This document shows, one piece after another, positions 29,186 through 37,503 of a DNA stretch of 60,026 bases. Position 1 is the stretch's first letter. The number at the start of each line of letters is the position of its first letter. The DNA lies in the sequence record PV806339.1; one strand, given 5' to 3'. Both the position numbers and the translations under genes were made by a program. The DNA comes from a phage. Below the pieces are notes generated by a model. That model searched no databases. It saw only the letters and a list, made by a program, of their open reading frames with translations, and had not been told where the DNA came from.

Positions 29186-31381
29186 GTGGCTGATGAAGAC
29201 GTAGGTATCAGCGCGGCCAAGTTGGTCGGCGAAGCCTTGCAGTGGAATGGCGAGAAGCCCAAACTCACATACCTGTCCCGGTGTGTAGGGGAAGCGTTAG
29301 CCATTTCCGCATTGAACATGGACGCGGCGAAAAACTTCGGGGAGGTTTTGCAGTGGGACGGTAAATTGCCGTCCATCTTCCGCGCCTCCAGACTGGTCGG
29401 CGAAGTGCTGGCGATTCAAAAGATGGAGATCCGCGCATCGTCAATGATTTGCGAAGCGCTGGTCAAAGAGCCGCAATTTATGGCGGCCGAAATGATCTGC
29501 GAGGCTATCGGTCAGGCGGCCACGGAACGGCCACCGCTTTACGCAGATGCGGTGTATGAGTATGTCACGCAGCACGACGTCGTACCGCCTTTGTCGGAAG
29601 TCATTTCTCCGGAAAGTCTGTACACGTTGTGGAATTACGCCATTGTCCAGCGGCCGATCGATGACCCGATTTCCTACAACATCGTGAAGCAGGCGGTGAC
29701 GCTGTCCGTTCTGGCGTCGCCTATCGTGACCATTTCGTACGACAAGGTGAAGACCGCGTGGTCGTATGCTGTGGTGTCCGCGACGCTCGGTGACTTCCCG
29801 CTGCCGGATGAAATGTGGTCGAAGATCAGCACGAAGCAGGTCTGGAATCTGGTATTGCAGTCGATCGACATCCCGTACGTCCCGACGTCTGGTGTGTTCG
29901 TTCGTCATGAATCGACGCTGGTGGTTCAGGCCCATCCGCTGCCGATGTACACGACGCCTGCGTCCGTGAAGTCGAACGCGGTTCTGGCCGCGCAGAAGCG
30001 CCCGGTTGAACGACTCCCGCGCTCAATGACTCGCGTGGCGCAGGGATTATCGCAGGCCGTTACCGCGCTGCCGATCCCGATGCCACGGTCTGACGTGTTC
30101 GCCGCGCAGATGCTGTCACAGGCTGTAATCCCGGCCGACTTCGTTGACCCGACTGTCGGCGTCGAGCACGCGGCCGCAGTGACGTCGTACGCCGTTTGCG
30201 AGTATCAGGTGTCGCTTCCTATCAGTTACACGCGCGCGAAGTCCCTGACGCCGCTGGTGCTGCAATTTAGCGATAACCAACGAGTCATTCCGCTGTCCAC
30301 GATGCGCACCAAACATGTTTCGTCTCAGTTCTTGGTCAAGTCTGACTTGCTCCCGGTGCTGTCCACGATGCGCACCGAACATGTTTCGTCTCAGTTCTTG
30401 GTCAAGTCTGACTTGCTCCCGGTGCTGTCTCGGACGCGCGTTAAACAGGTACGCGGCTATGCAGTGCGGGCGGAAGAGTACACGCCTCCGATTAACCTGC
30501 TGGTGTGGTCGCGCGCTGACGCTGTTCGCATGTCGGTGGTGCAGCAGGCAACGGACTACCCTGACCCGGGAATCCCTACAACGTCGGCCATCGTCAGCGC
30601 GGCCACGGCGTACCACGTCATGAAAGCGCTGGACTACGAAGATCCGAACGACATGTGGGAGGCGAGCAAGGTTCAGATCGTGCCGCAGTTCTTAGAGAAG
30701 GTGGTGAAAGCCCAACCGCTGCGGCTCCCGATCTCGTACGCTCCGCTGGCGCAATTTGTTGAACTGGTGACGCGGTACCAGTACATGCCGCCTCCGGGCG
30801 AAGTCGCCGAGTCCGGTATCCATGTTCGTCAGGTGATGCAGCCAGTGGCGTTCCGCGCGACGTACCCTGACCCGACTGTCCCGGTATCCCACCTGACGGT
30901 CAATCAGGTGCTGGAGCACATCGCGATCCCGGCCGACTATCCGGACGTCCACCTGCCGACGTCGGACGCGATTGTAAATCAGGTATTGGAACACGTTGCG
31001 CAGATTGACGATTTCCCTGATCCCGGTACCATGTTCCGGCCGCTTATTGTCAGCCAGATCATTCAGCAGGCGGCACAGGATGCGTCTTACCCGGATTGGA
31101 GCACACTGCATAAACCGCTTGCGGTTCAGCAGGTAATTCAGCATGTATCAATGACGGCGGAATACCCTGACAAGGACGTCCCGCAATCATTTGCAAAAGT
31201 GTCTCAAGTTTTGCAGCACTATGCCGATAAAGCTAATTACCCAGACAAAGATGCTCCCCAATCCACGCTACGAGTCCGTCAGGTACTTGAGCAGGTAATG
31301 ATGCGCGACAAGTCGATGTACGAAATGCCGCAGCCACCACGGAAACATCGGGTGCAAATCACTTGCCGCTTTGTGTACTGA
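29186..31381 (+). CDS. 731-aa repeat protein, probable tail fibre
   Basis: GTG start with an AAGGGGG SD. Built almost entirely of degenerate ~22-24-aa repeats (e.g. YPD(P/K)xxPxSxxxVxQVL(E/Q)Hxxxxxx). Last structural gene before a strong terminator. Confidence 0.8.
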   Translation: MADEDVGISAAKLVGEALQWNGEKPKLTYLSRCVGEALAISALNMDAAKNFGEVLQWDGKLPSIFRASRLVGEVLAIQKMEIRASSMICEALVKEPQFMAAEMICEAIGQAATERPPLYADAVYEYVTQHDVVPPLSEVISPESLYTLWNYAIVQRPIDDPISYNIVKQAVTLSVLASPIVTISYDKVKTAWSYAVVSATLGDFPLPDEMWSKISTKQVWNLVLQSIDIPYVPTSGVFVRHESTLVVQAHPLPMYTTPASVKSNAVLAAQKRPVERLPRSMTRVAQGLSQAVTALPIPMPRSDVFAAQMLSQAVIPADFVDPTVGVEHAAAVTSYAVCEYQVSLPISYTRAKSLTPLVLQFSDNQRVIPLSTMRTKHVSSQFLVKSDLLPVLSTMRTEHVSSQFLVKSDLLPVLSRTRVKQVRGYAVRAEEYTPPINLLVWSRADAVRMSVVQQATDYPDPGIPTTSAIVSAATAYHVMKALDYEDPNDMWEASKVQIVPQFLEKVVKAQPLRLPISYAPLAQFVELVTRYQYMPPPGEVAESGIHVRQVMQPVAFRATYPDPTVPVSHLTVNQVLEHIAIPADYPDVHLPTSDAIVNQVLEHVAQIDDFPDPGTMFRPLIVSQIIQQAAQDASYPDWSTLHKPLAVQQVIQHVSMTAEYPDKDVPQSFAKVSQVLQHYADKANYPDKDAPQSTLRVRQVLEQVMMRDKSMYEMPQPPRKHRVQITCRFVY
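30293..30424 (+). repeat. 66-bp tandem duplication (2 copies, 1 mismatch) inside the repeat-protein gene
   Basis: Units 30293-30358 and 30359-30424 differ only by aaacat/gaacat. They encode LSTMRT(K/E)HVSSQFLVKSDLLPV twice. Confidence 0.95.
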
Positions 31382-31401
31382 CAATTGACGGGTTAATATT
31401 C

Positions 31402-31428
31402 TTAGCGGGCTTGTCCCGCTAATTTTTT
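31402..31428 (+). terminator. rho-independent terminator after the structural genes
   Basis: TTAGCGGG-cttgt-CCCGCTAA followed by TTTTTT. Confidence 0.9.
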
Positions 31429-31443
31429 GTGAGGAAGCACCCA

Positions 31444-31782
31444 ATGAGCGAAATGGAACGGGAACGGCCGGGGGATAACTCCGGCGGCATCAAGTTAGAC
31501 TTGTCTGTCAATCTCCCCACGATTCTGACGATGGCTTCGATGCTGGTGGCGGCGGTACTGTACGTCAACAACCGCTTCGCCGACCTATCAAACCAGAACA
31601 CGCAGACGGACACCCGGCTTACCAACGTCGAGAAACGTCAGGACTCCACTGACGCGGCGTTCACGGTTCTCCGGGCCGAAACCGTCTCGCAAAACTCCGC
31701 CCTTCGTTCAGACCTTCGCGCCGACATGCGCGACCTGAAACAAAGCGTGGATACCCTATCTTCCCAAATGATGAGGAAATAA
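31444..31782 (+). CDS. putative holin / XhlA-like single-TMD lysis protein
   Basis: 112 aa from the ATG 31444 (GAGGA SD). One TMD (LPTILTMASMLVAAVLYV) followed by a coiled-coil-like C-terminus. First gene of the lysis cassette. Confidence 0.5.
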   Translation: MSEMERERPGDNSGGIKLDLSVNLPTILTMASMLVAAVLYVNNRFADLSNQNTQTDTRLTNVEKRQDSTDAAFTVLRAETVSQNSALRSDLRADMRDLKQSVDTLSSQMMRK

Positions 31783-31785
31783 CCG

Positions 31786-32499
31786 ATGGCTAAACAGAAG
31801 CCGCGCGGGATTCGCAATAACAACCCGGGCAACATCGAGTGGGGGTCGCCGTGGCAAGGGCTGATCCCGCGCAGTGAAGCGACGGACAGCCGCTTCGCAC
31901 AGTTCAAAGACCCGGCATCCGGCATCCGCGCCATTGCCGTCACTCTGACCACCTACTACGACAAGCGCAAAGCGAATGACGGTAGCAAAATCGACTCGGT
32001 GCGAGAAGTTATCGAGCGGTGGGCACCCGCCGTTGAGAACAACGTATCGGCCTACGCTAAACAGGTTGCCGCCGTTCTGGCCGTTGACCCGAATAGCGAA
32101 ACGCTGAACCTCCACGACTACGACACCATGCGCGGTCTGGTGGAAGGCATCATCCGCCACGAAAACGGGAACCCGGAAGCGTTCGGCCTGACGTCGTACA
32201 GCAACGCGAATACGTGGTACTCGGACGAAGTGATCGAGGAAGGTCTGCGCCGGGCGGGCATCGTTAAGGCGGCCAAGCCTGTTAACCGTACCACCGTGGC
32301 CGCGACAAGCGTGGCAGGACTCGGCGCGGCGCAACTGGTTGACATGGTACAGCCCGTCAAGGCTGCGATGGACAGCGCCCACGGTGATATTTCTTCCGGT
32401 GATTGGGTACGCATCGCATTCGGCGCGGCCACAATCGCGATTGGCCTGTACATGGGATGGGTCGCGTACCGGAAGCATCGGGCCGGGGCCGCTGCATGA
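31786..32499 (+). CDS. endolysin candidate (RGIRNNNPGNI-motif peptidoglycan hydrolase family) with a C-terminal TMD
   Basis: 237 aa. The N-terminal GIRNNNPGNIEW motif is one I recall from phage muralytic proteins. The C-terminus has WVRIAFGAATIAIGLYMGWVAY followed by RKHR. Confidence 0.6.
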   Translation: MAKQKPRGIRNNNPGNIEWGSPWQGLIPRSEATDSRFAQFKDPASGIRAIAVTLTTYYDKRKANDGSKIDSVREVIERWAPAVENNVSAYAKQVAAVLAVDPNSETLNLHDYDTMRGLVEGIIRHENGNPEAFGLTSYSNANTWYSDEVIEEGLRRAGIVKAAKPVNRTTVAATSVAGLGAAQLVDMVQPVKAAMDSAHGDISSGDWVRIAFGAATIAIGLYMGWVAYRKHRAGAAA

Positions 32500-32750
32500 C
32501 GGGGCTACTCGCCCGGATTAAGACGGGCGTCCTTGCGGCGCTCGTTTTCGTTGTGGCCCTCTTCGGCGTCTGGCGGGCAGGACGCACGAAGGGCAAACAG
32601 GATCAGATTAATAACCAGAACAATGACACGTTGCGGGAACAGGCAAACGCGGATAAAAATGTGGCCGAGGTGCATAATGAAATCAATAAACTCCCTGATG
32701 GTGGCGCTAACGATCTGCTTCGCCGTAAGTGGATGCGTCGAAAGGATTAA
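32496..32750 (+). CDS. i-spanin (Rz-like)
   Basis: 84 aa. ATGA overlap with the endolysin stop, an N-terminal TMD (VLAALVFVVALFGV), then a charged periplasmic region. Confidence 0.7.
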   Translation: MTGLLARIKTGVLAALVFVVALFGVWRAGRTKGKQDQINNQNNDTLREQANADKNVAEVHNEINKLPDGGANDLLRRKWMRRKD

Positions 32751-32880
32751 CCCTGCGCCGTCTTTCTGTTCTGTCGCGCGCGCCATCTACATCGGTGAGG
32801 AAGACGTGCTGACAGATGAAACCGCACGGCAGATCGCCACCCACGATGAAATCGGCGAACGGCTATGCGGCTGGAAATAG
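32677..32880 (+). CDS. o-spanin (Rz1-like lipoprotein), overlapping the i-spanin gene out of frame
   Basis: 67 aa. Signal peptide plus lipobox (LTICFAVSGC). The start lies inside the 3' end of the i-spanin gene. Confidence 0.7.
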   Translation: MKSINSLMVALTICFAVSGCVERINPAPSFCSVARAIYIGEEDVLTDETARQIATHDEIGERLCGWK

Positions 32881-33342
32881 TTAAATGGTCGGGTGGGTGA
32901 TAACCACCGTACGTTCACCCTCGATTGTCTGGTGGTACCGCAGTGAGGACACCAGATGATCGAGGTTATTGAAGACCGGGATATTCAGCCGCTTCGCCTC
33001 TTCCACCTCCGCGCGGGTACCTGAACTGCGCATCGCGTCTTCACCAATCAGCAGAACCGCGTCACAGCGGCGCATCAATTCCATCGTGCATTCCAGCCAA
33101 TATTCATCCGGTATCTCGCCCTCGGTCTTGTACTCGAAGTTGGCCGTGTTCAGGTGCGGCGTGACCGGGAACATCTTGTGGACGTAGAGTTGATCGACAA
33201 CCGACACGGCCGTCTCTTCGGCTTTCAGGATGTTGACCTTCGTCGGAACGGTGCAGCCAGAACCGATGATGTACGGGCGGTACGGCCCGGCCAGATAGAT
33301 CATGACGGGCTTGGCCGCCGGGTTACACATATTCACGTTCAT
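32881..33342 (-). CDS. nucleoside 2-deoxyribosyltransferase-like protein (DUF1937/DUF4406-like)
   Basis: 153 aa. VMIYLAGPYRP near the N-terminus, PVTPHL, and RCDAVLLIGEDAMRSSGTRAEVEEAKRLNIPVF match the hallmark pattern of that superfamily. Confidence 0.6.
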   Translation of the reverse strand: MNVNMCNPAAKPVMIYLAGPYRPYIIGSGCTVPTKVNILKAEETAVSVVDQLYVHKMFPVTPHLNTANFEYKTEGEIPDEYWLECTMELMRRCDAVLLIGEDAMRSSGTRAEVEEAKRLNIPVFNNLDHLVSSLRYHQTIEGERTVVITHPTI

Positions 33343-33623
33343 ATTAAGCCTCGGTTATATTCGTCCACGTATTTTTCATTTTCAGGAGATCGGTCTACCT
33401 GATTAATCTCGCTGAACTCGCAGGAAATAATATCCCCGCTAGGCAGGCGCACCCGCCAAAAAATATCCTCTTCACGCGGCCCGGTGCGTTCCCATTCGAG
33501 CACGGTTCCGTAGTATTTATGCCCGTTGAATCGGTCAGTGAAATGCACGGAGTCGCCTTTAATCGGCCAGCCCGGTTTTATCTTGGCACGGTATTTCCGT
33601 TTTATAGCCTCAACGTCGATCAT
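33339..33623 (-). CDS. hypothetical protein
   Basis: 94 aa. ATGA overlaps at both ends, within the operon. Confidence 0.7.
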   Translation of the reverse strand: MIDVEAIKRKYRAKIKPGWPIKGDSVHFTDRFNGHKYYGTVLEWERTGPREEDIFWRVRLPSGDIISCEFSEINQVDRSPENEKYVDEYNRGLI

Positions 33624-34519
33624 ACTTCATCGTCCTCGAAGTCTTCGTCAAAAAGGTCAGACTGGAACGGCTCACATGATGATGTGCAGCCATCGCCGTC
33701 GTCCGGGTTAGTGCGGGTCAGGTACAGCAGGCGCTGGCGGTCTTCCAGTCCGGCGTCGGCCATAAGCTGATCCGTGTTTCGTTTGCCACGGAACCATGTG
33801 TGGCCGTCTTCCGCTTTAACGTGGCCGTACTGGATTTCCATGTCGCGGTTCCACGTAAACCATTCAGGGTGTTCGTGGGCTATCAGGTACAGCTTTGCAT
33901 TGCTCTTTTTAAAGCAGGTCAGGCAGTTCCCGTAATGCGGCGGGATGTTCAGTTTGAACGGCATGGCATCCCAATAATCGTTCACGTCCTGCTTATCGAA
34001 ACTCCCCCAATGGCAAAGGGGGTACACCAGATTGAATTTCTTGGCCGACGCTTTGTTCGGGTCAGCCCGCTCCGGCTCGTCCGACCGCATTCCGATGGCC
34101 GTCTTGGCACTCCACCCCCGGCGCGCAAGACCATTGCTGCGCATCCAGTGGCGAATCGTCTGCGTTTTCAGATAGTCGCTGCACTTCTGGCGCGATATGT
34201 TCGGGATGCCCTCGACGCTGATCAGGCTTTCAAACGGTTCGCCCTTCCGTGCGGCCGTCTCGAAACTGACGACCCGGTGGCGCATCCCGACACCGTGTTC
34301 CGGACTGGCGTAGCCCTCCAGCCACACCAGATTCAGGCCGAAGTGTTTATCCACCTTGTCGGCGAATATCAGTGTTTCTTCGTGCTCCCGGCCAGTATTG
34401 GCGAACACGAAACGCAGGTCATATTTGTGGCCGTAATTCTCGATCAGGTATGCACAAAGAAAGCCGGACGACTGGCCGCCGGAAAAGCTGACGACAAGCG
34501 GCTCTTTGTTAGTTGGCAT
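33620..34519 (-). CDS. PP-loop ATPase, PAPS-reductase-like family
   Basis: The PP-loop VVSFSGGQSSGFL follows directly after the start MPTNKEP (the ORF opens at 34603 but overlaps the upstream gene). Cys-rich C-terminus (GNCLTCFK...CTSSC). Ends ...FEDDEV. Confidence 0.7.
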   Translation of the reverse strand: MPTNKEPLVVSFSGGQSSGFLCAYLIENYGHKYDLRFVFANTGREHEETLIFADKVDKHFGLNLVWLEGYASPEHGVGMRHRVVSFETAARKGEPFESLISVEGIPNISRQKCSDYLKTQTIRHWMRSNGLARRGWSAKTAIGMRSDEPERADPNKASAKKFNLVYPLCHWGSFDKQDVNDYWDAMPFKLNIPPHYGNCLTCFKKSNAKLYLIAHEHPEWFTWNRDMEIQYGHVKAEDGHTWFRGKRNTDQLMADAGLEDRQRLLYLTRTNPDDGDGCTSSCEPFQSDLFDEDFEDDEV

Positions 34520-35222
34520 CGGTTGAATCCTCGCATAATGGTATGAAGTCCTTCGGGCCGTCGCCTGAACCGGGGAAGCGCCGGAAGACCATTTCGTCTT
34601 CAATGGTCAGTTTATCCTTGCTGTTCCCGCGACGATAGAAGTCGGCCATGCCGCTGCCGTACGTGCGGTCAATCCCGGCACCATACGGATCTTGCGGGCA
34701 AAGTTCCAGCGCCAGCACTTCTCGCCAGTCCGGCCGATCGATGCGGCTGACGATGCGATGGTTATTCGACACCCGGCAGTACCCCGAGGCTATCAGCGTT
34801 TCCACCAGCCGGGCCTGTTCCTTGCCACGCATCGTTTTCGCGCGCTTGACGTCCTCTTTCCTTGCCCGGGCGAAATACTCCCGCGAGAAGCGGCTACCGA
34901 CGTTCTCCGCGAAGATGCGCAGGTCTTTGATGACCATGCCCCATTTCCGTCGGCTACCTTCTTCCACGTATCGAATGGCCCCGGCGTAGCGCAGCAGCAT
35001 TGCATCGGTCAGGCGGGCATTCTTCGGGTCTTTGGCCTTCCACCAGCCGTACACTTCCACCATGCGGGCCATCGCCTTGTCGCTGTACCATAGCTCGGCG
35101 TGGCTGGTGGGCGAGTATTCCGGGTAACACTTCGCTCCGCCGTCAAACGCCCGGTAGCAGTACCAGATCCCGCCGCTGTACTGGAAGTGCGGTATCTTGT
35201 GTCGCTCTTTCATCGTAGCCAT
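34509..35222 (-). CDS. hypothetical protein
   Basis: 237 aa, tightly packed in the operon. Confidence 0.75.
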   Translation of the reverse strand: MATMKERHKIPHFQYSGGIWYCYRAFDGGAKCYPEYSPTSHAELWYSDKAMARMVEVYGWWKAKDPKNARLTDAMLLRYAGAIRYVEEGSRRKWGMVIKDLRIFAENVGSRFSREYFARARKEDVKRAKTMRGKEQARLVETLIASGYCRVSNNHRIVSRIDRPDWREVLALELCPQDPYGAGIDRTYGSGMADFYRRGNSKDKLTIEDEMVFRRFPGSGDGPKDFIPLCEDSTDAN

Positions 35223-35223
35223 G

Positions 35224-35676
35224 TCAGCCCTCGGCCAGTTCAGGATTAATGGTAAACCGCAGCCCGTACTTAAAATCGTTTACGGACAGCAGATGGATGA
35301 TGTCGTCCGAGTTTTCTATCTTGATGCCCTTCGCGGCCAGCGCTTCCCTCGGCGGAAGCCACGGATCGATAGTCAACTGGCGGTATACCGGGGCCATGTG
35401 TATCGGCGAGCCTTCGCGCACGATGAATGGCAGCGGGTACGGACGGCCAGACCGGGCGTGGATACGACGTGGCACGGGCGAACGGGTAATACCGTAGAAC
35501 GATGCCATAACGTCGGTCAGCCCTTTGCCGTACATCGAGCGTATGACTTCTTCGTCGCCGCGCAGGAGCCGCTTAACGATATGCCGGACAAACGGGTACA
35601 GATCCCACTTCGCGCGTTGGCGGATGACCGAAGCCTGTCGGCGGGCCTCCTGCTGGAATAATGATCCGCGTTTCAT
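35224..35676 (-). CDS. hypothetical protein
   Basis: 150 aa. ATGA overlap with the upstream gene. Confidence 0.75.
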   Translation of the reverse strand: MKRGSLFQQEARRQASVIRQRAKWDLYPFVRHIVKRLLRGDEEVIRSMYGKGLTDVMASFYGITRSPVPRRIHARSGRPYPLPFIVREGSPIHMAPVYRQLTIDPWLPPREALAAKGIKIENSDDIIHLLSVNDFKYGLRFTINPELAEG

Positions 35677-35984
35677 TTTTTATATTTATCCTCTTCGTTG
35701 AAATTACGGACAGGCACGCCGTCCCAAATGCGTACGATGCCCGGGTGCGCCTCGCGCCACGATCCGAGCAGGTGGTCAGCCCACTCCTTCAAGTCTTCGC
35801 TGTATGCGGCCAGAAGTCGGTCTTCAATGGACTGGCGTTCCGCTGCGGACATCGGCCCGACCTGATGGATGATGTCAAACCAGATCTCGTCGTGGACACC
35901 GTTGACGGCCACCAGATAGCCTTTTGCTTCCAGATCTGCGATGACGGCGTGGGTGCGGTCGGCTTTCATGCGCATGTAATTCAT
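35673..35984 (-). CDS. hypothetical protein
   Basis: 103 aa when started at the ATGA overlap (35984). The ORF opens at 36020. Confidence 0.65.
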   Translation of the reverse strand: MNYMRMKADRTHAVIADLEAKGYLVAVNGVHDEIWFDIIHQVGPMSAAERQSIEDRLLAAYSEDLKEWADHLLGSWREAHPGIVRIWDGVPVRNFNEEDKYKK

Positions 35985-36262
35985 GCGGCGGCCCTCCCCC
36001 ATAAGATTTGTAGGGTGCATGGCGGCTCGTCCGGGTCGGAATAGATTTCGAACCCGGCGTCCTTGATCCAGCCGATAAGCATGGCGCGGGATTTATCGGA
36101 CAGCGGGTGGTCGTTGTGTAACAGCGCGACCGTAGTGGTGGTCAGCCCGGCCGATGCGGCCCGGCGGATAAGACGCTCTACCTCGCCACGTACTTCAATC
36201 GCTTCGGCGGTGTGGTGATCGGTAGCAGCTTTATACATTTCATCGGCAGTGATAGTCAGCAT
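35981..36262 (-). CDS. hypothetical protein (first gene of leftward operon 4)
   Basis: 93 aa. AGGGGG SD 5 nt upstream of the start, downstream of promoter 36306-36335. Confidence 0.75.
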   Translation of the reverse strand: MLTITADEMYKAATDHHTAEAIEVRGEVERLIRRAASAGLTTTTVALLHNDHPLSDKSRAMLIGWIKDAGFEIYSDPDEPPCTLQILWGRAAA

Positions 36263-36275
36263 GTTGCCCCCTAAA

Positions 36276-36305
36276 GTAAAAATCCCCGTTGTTGCCTTCG
36301 GGGAT
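36276..36305 (-). terminator. hairpin plus U-tract overlapping the discriminator of the adjacent promoter
   Basis: Minus strand reads ATCCCCG-aaggcaacaa-CGGGGAT-TTTTT. The 5' arm (36305-36299) begins immediately after the -10 element. Confidence 0.6.
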
Positions 36306-36335
36306 AATATAGGTTATACACGCGACGTATGTCAA
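36306..36335 (-). promoter_or_regulatory. sigma70-type early promoter, leftward operon 4
   Basis: Minus strand reads TTGACA-TACGTCGCGTGTATAACC-TATATT (18-bp spacer). The spacer carries the conserved box. Confidence 0.7.
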
Positions 36336-36342
36336 ACAGTTT

Positions 36343-36855
36343 CTAAGACTTTCTTTTCCGGGCGTGCTCCAGTCGATCACCGTGGCCCTTCTCGACCATG
36401 AAATCGCGGGTCTGTTTGTGCAGGTTGGCGATCGTCTCCTTCGTTTTCCGCCAGCGCGCCACTAACCCTTCGCGCACTTCCCGTTCGCGGAACAGGACGG
36501 CCAAGTCCGTCGCGGTGATGTCGTACCCTTCGCACGCGGCCAAAACTCCGGCCTTGAATTCGTAGAACAGGCTTTGGATCTCCCGGAATTCGGCCTCGGT
36601 TACGATCTCGATATTGACCGTTTTCCCTTCACCGATGTCGTCCTCGGTAAACAGGCACCCGGCTTCGCCAATGGCGCGGCCATCGTCCTTCCGGTAGCGC
36701 GTATTCCCTACGATGATCTGCGTCGGCGTGGTGCGCTCTACGCGTCGTTTCACGGCGAAGGTTACTTCCGGGCTGTACCCGATACGAATGCTGTTACGCT
36801 CCAGTGTCATGTCGCCAGTTTCGAGGTGTCCGAATCTCAATTTTTTATCGGCCAT
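36343..36855 (-). CDS. hypothetical protein
   Basis: 170 aa, last gene of leftward operon 3. Confidence 0.75.
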   Translation of the reverse strand: MADKKLRFGHLETGDMTLERNSIRIGYSPEVTFAVKRRVERTTPTQIIVGNTRYRKDDGRAIGEAGCLFTEDDIGEGKTVNIEIVTEAEFREIQSLFYEFKAGVLAACEGYDITATDLAVLFREREVREGLVARWRKTKETIANLHKQTRDFMVEKGHGDRLEHARKRKS

Positions 36856-37091
36856 TCTGCGTATTCTCCCTTCGGTAATTCGTCAGTCACGTCGCGCTCG
36901 GCCCATTTCAGGAACGCTTCGCGGGTGCAACTTGGATAGTGTCGGCCAAAGCCTACGACCGGGCCGTCATACTGGATGTGCGTGGCACCGATGTACAGGA
37001 TGGTGCGGTCGTTCACCAGTCCGCTGCGGTTCTGCGGCCGTTTACCGCGATAGGTGCGGCCGACTTTAAGTTTTAACGCTTCATCGGCCAT
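36837..37091 (-). CDS. hypothetical protein
   Basis: 84 aa, within the operon. Confidence 0.65.
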   Translation of the reverse strand: MADEALKLKVGRTYRGKRPQNRSGLVNDRTILYIGATHIQYDGPVVGFGRHYPSCTREAFLKWAERDVTDELPKGEYAEWPIKN

Positions 37092-37302
37092 CGGTGTCCA
37101 CCTCGACTTCGAACGTGCGCGGAACGGTCATGGTCAGCACGTCATTCTCGGTGAACGGTGACAGCGGTTCGTCGCCCGGCTGGAAGCGCAGCGTCACGCT
37201 GCCGACGTTGTGATACGTGATATAGCGAAGGCGGAACTGCTCGCCGAAGATGGTCGCGAGTACGCCCGGCTTAACGTCTCCTGCGGGAATTTTCATGGTC
37301 AT
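37081..37302 (-). CDS. hypothetical protein
   Basis: 73 aa when started at the ATGA overlap (37302). The ORF opens at 37326. Confidence 0.6.
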   Translation of the reverse strand: MTMKIPAGDVKPGVLATIFGEQFRLRYITYHNVGSVTLRFQPGDEPLSPFTENDVLTMTVPRTFEVEVDTDGR

Positions 37303-37493
37303 AGTCTCCAGTCTAACGGCTCCCATTGGCCGTCTCGTTTGATGTAGCAGCCGCTTAACGGGCTGTATTTGGTTGGTAGTTCGGTCTGGACGCTGACGTC
37401 GTTACACCCGATCGCCGCGCCCACACGGCCAATAACAAACAGCACACCGCAGATAATCAATACAAACAGCGTTAGCGCAGCGATCTTCTTCAT
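37299..37493 (-). CDS. small membrane protein
   Basis: 64 aa with an N-terminal TMD (IAALTLFVLIICGVLFVIG). Confidence 0.65.
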   Translation of the reverse strand: MKKIAALTLFVLIICGVLFVIGRVGAAIGCNDVSVQTELPTKYSPLSGCYIKRDGQWEPLDWRL

Positions 37494-37503
37494 GGTGGCC
37501 CCT

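Noticed and set aside
33800-34546. 248-aa plus-strand ORF
   Set aside because: It is antisense to the PP-loop enzyme gene. It has a compositionally biased (Arg/Val/His) translation and no SD.
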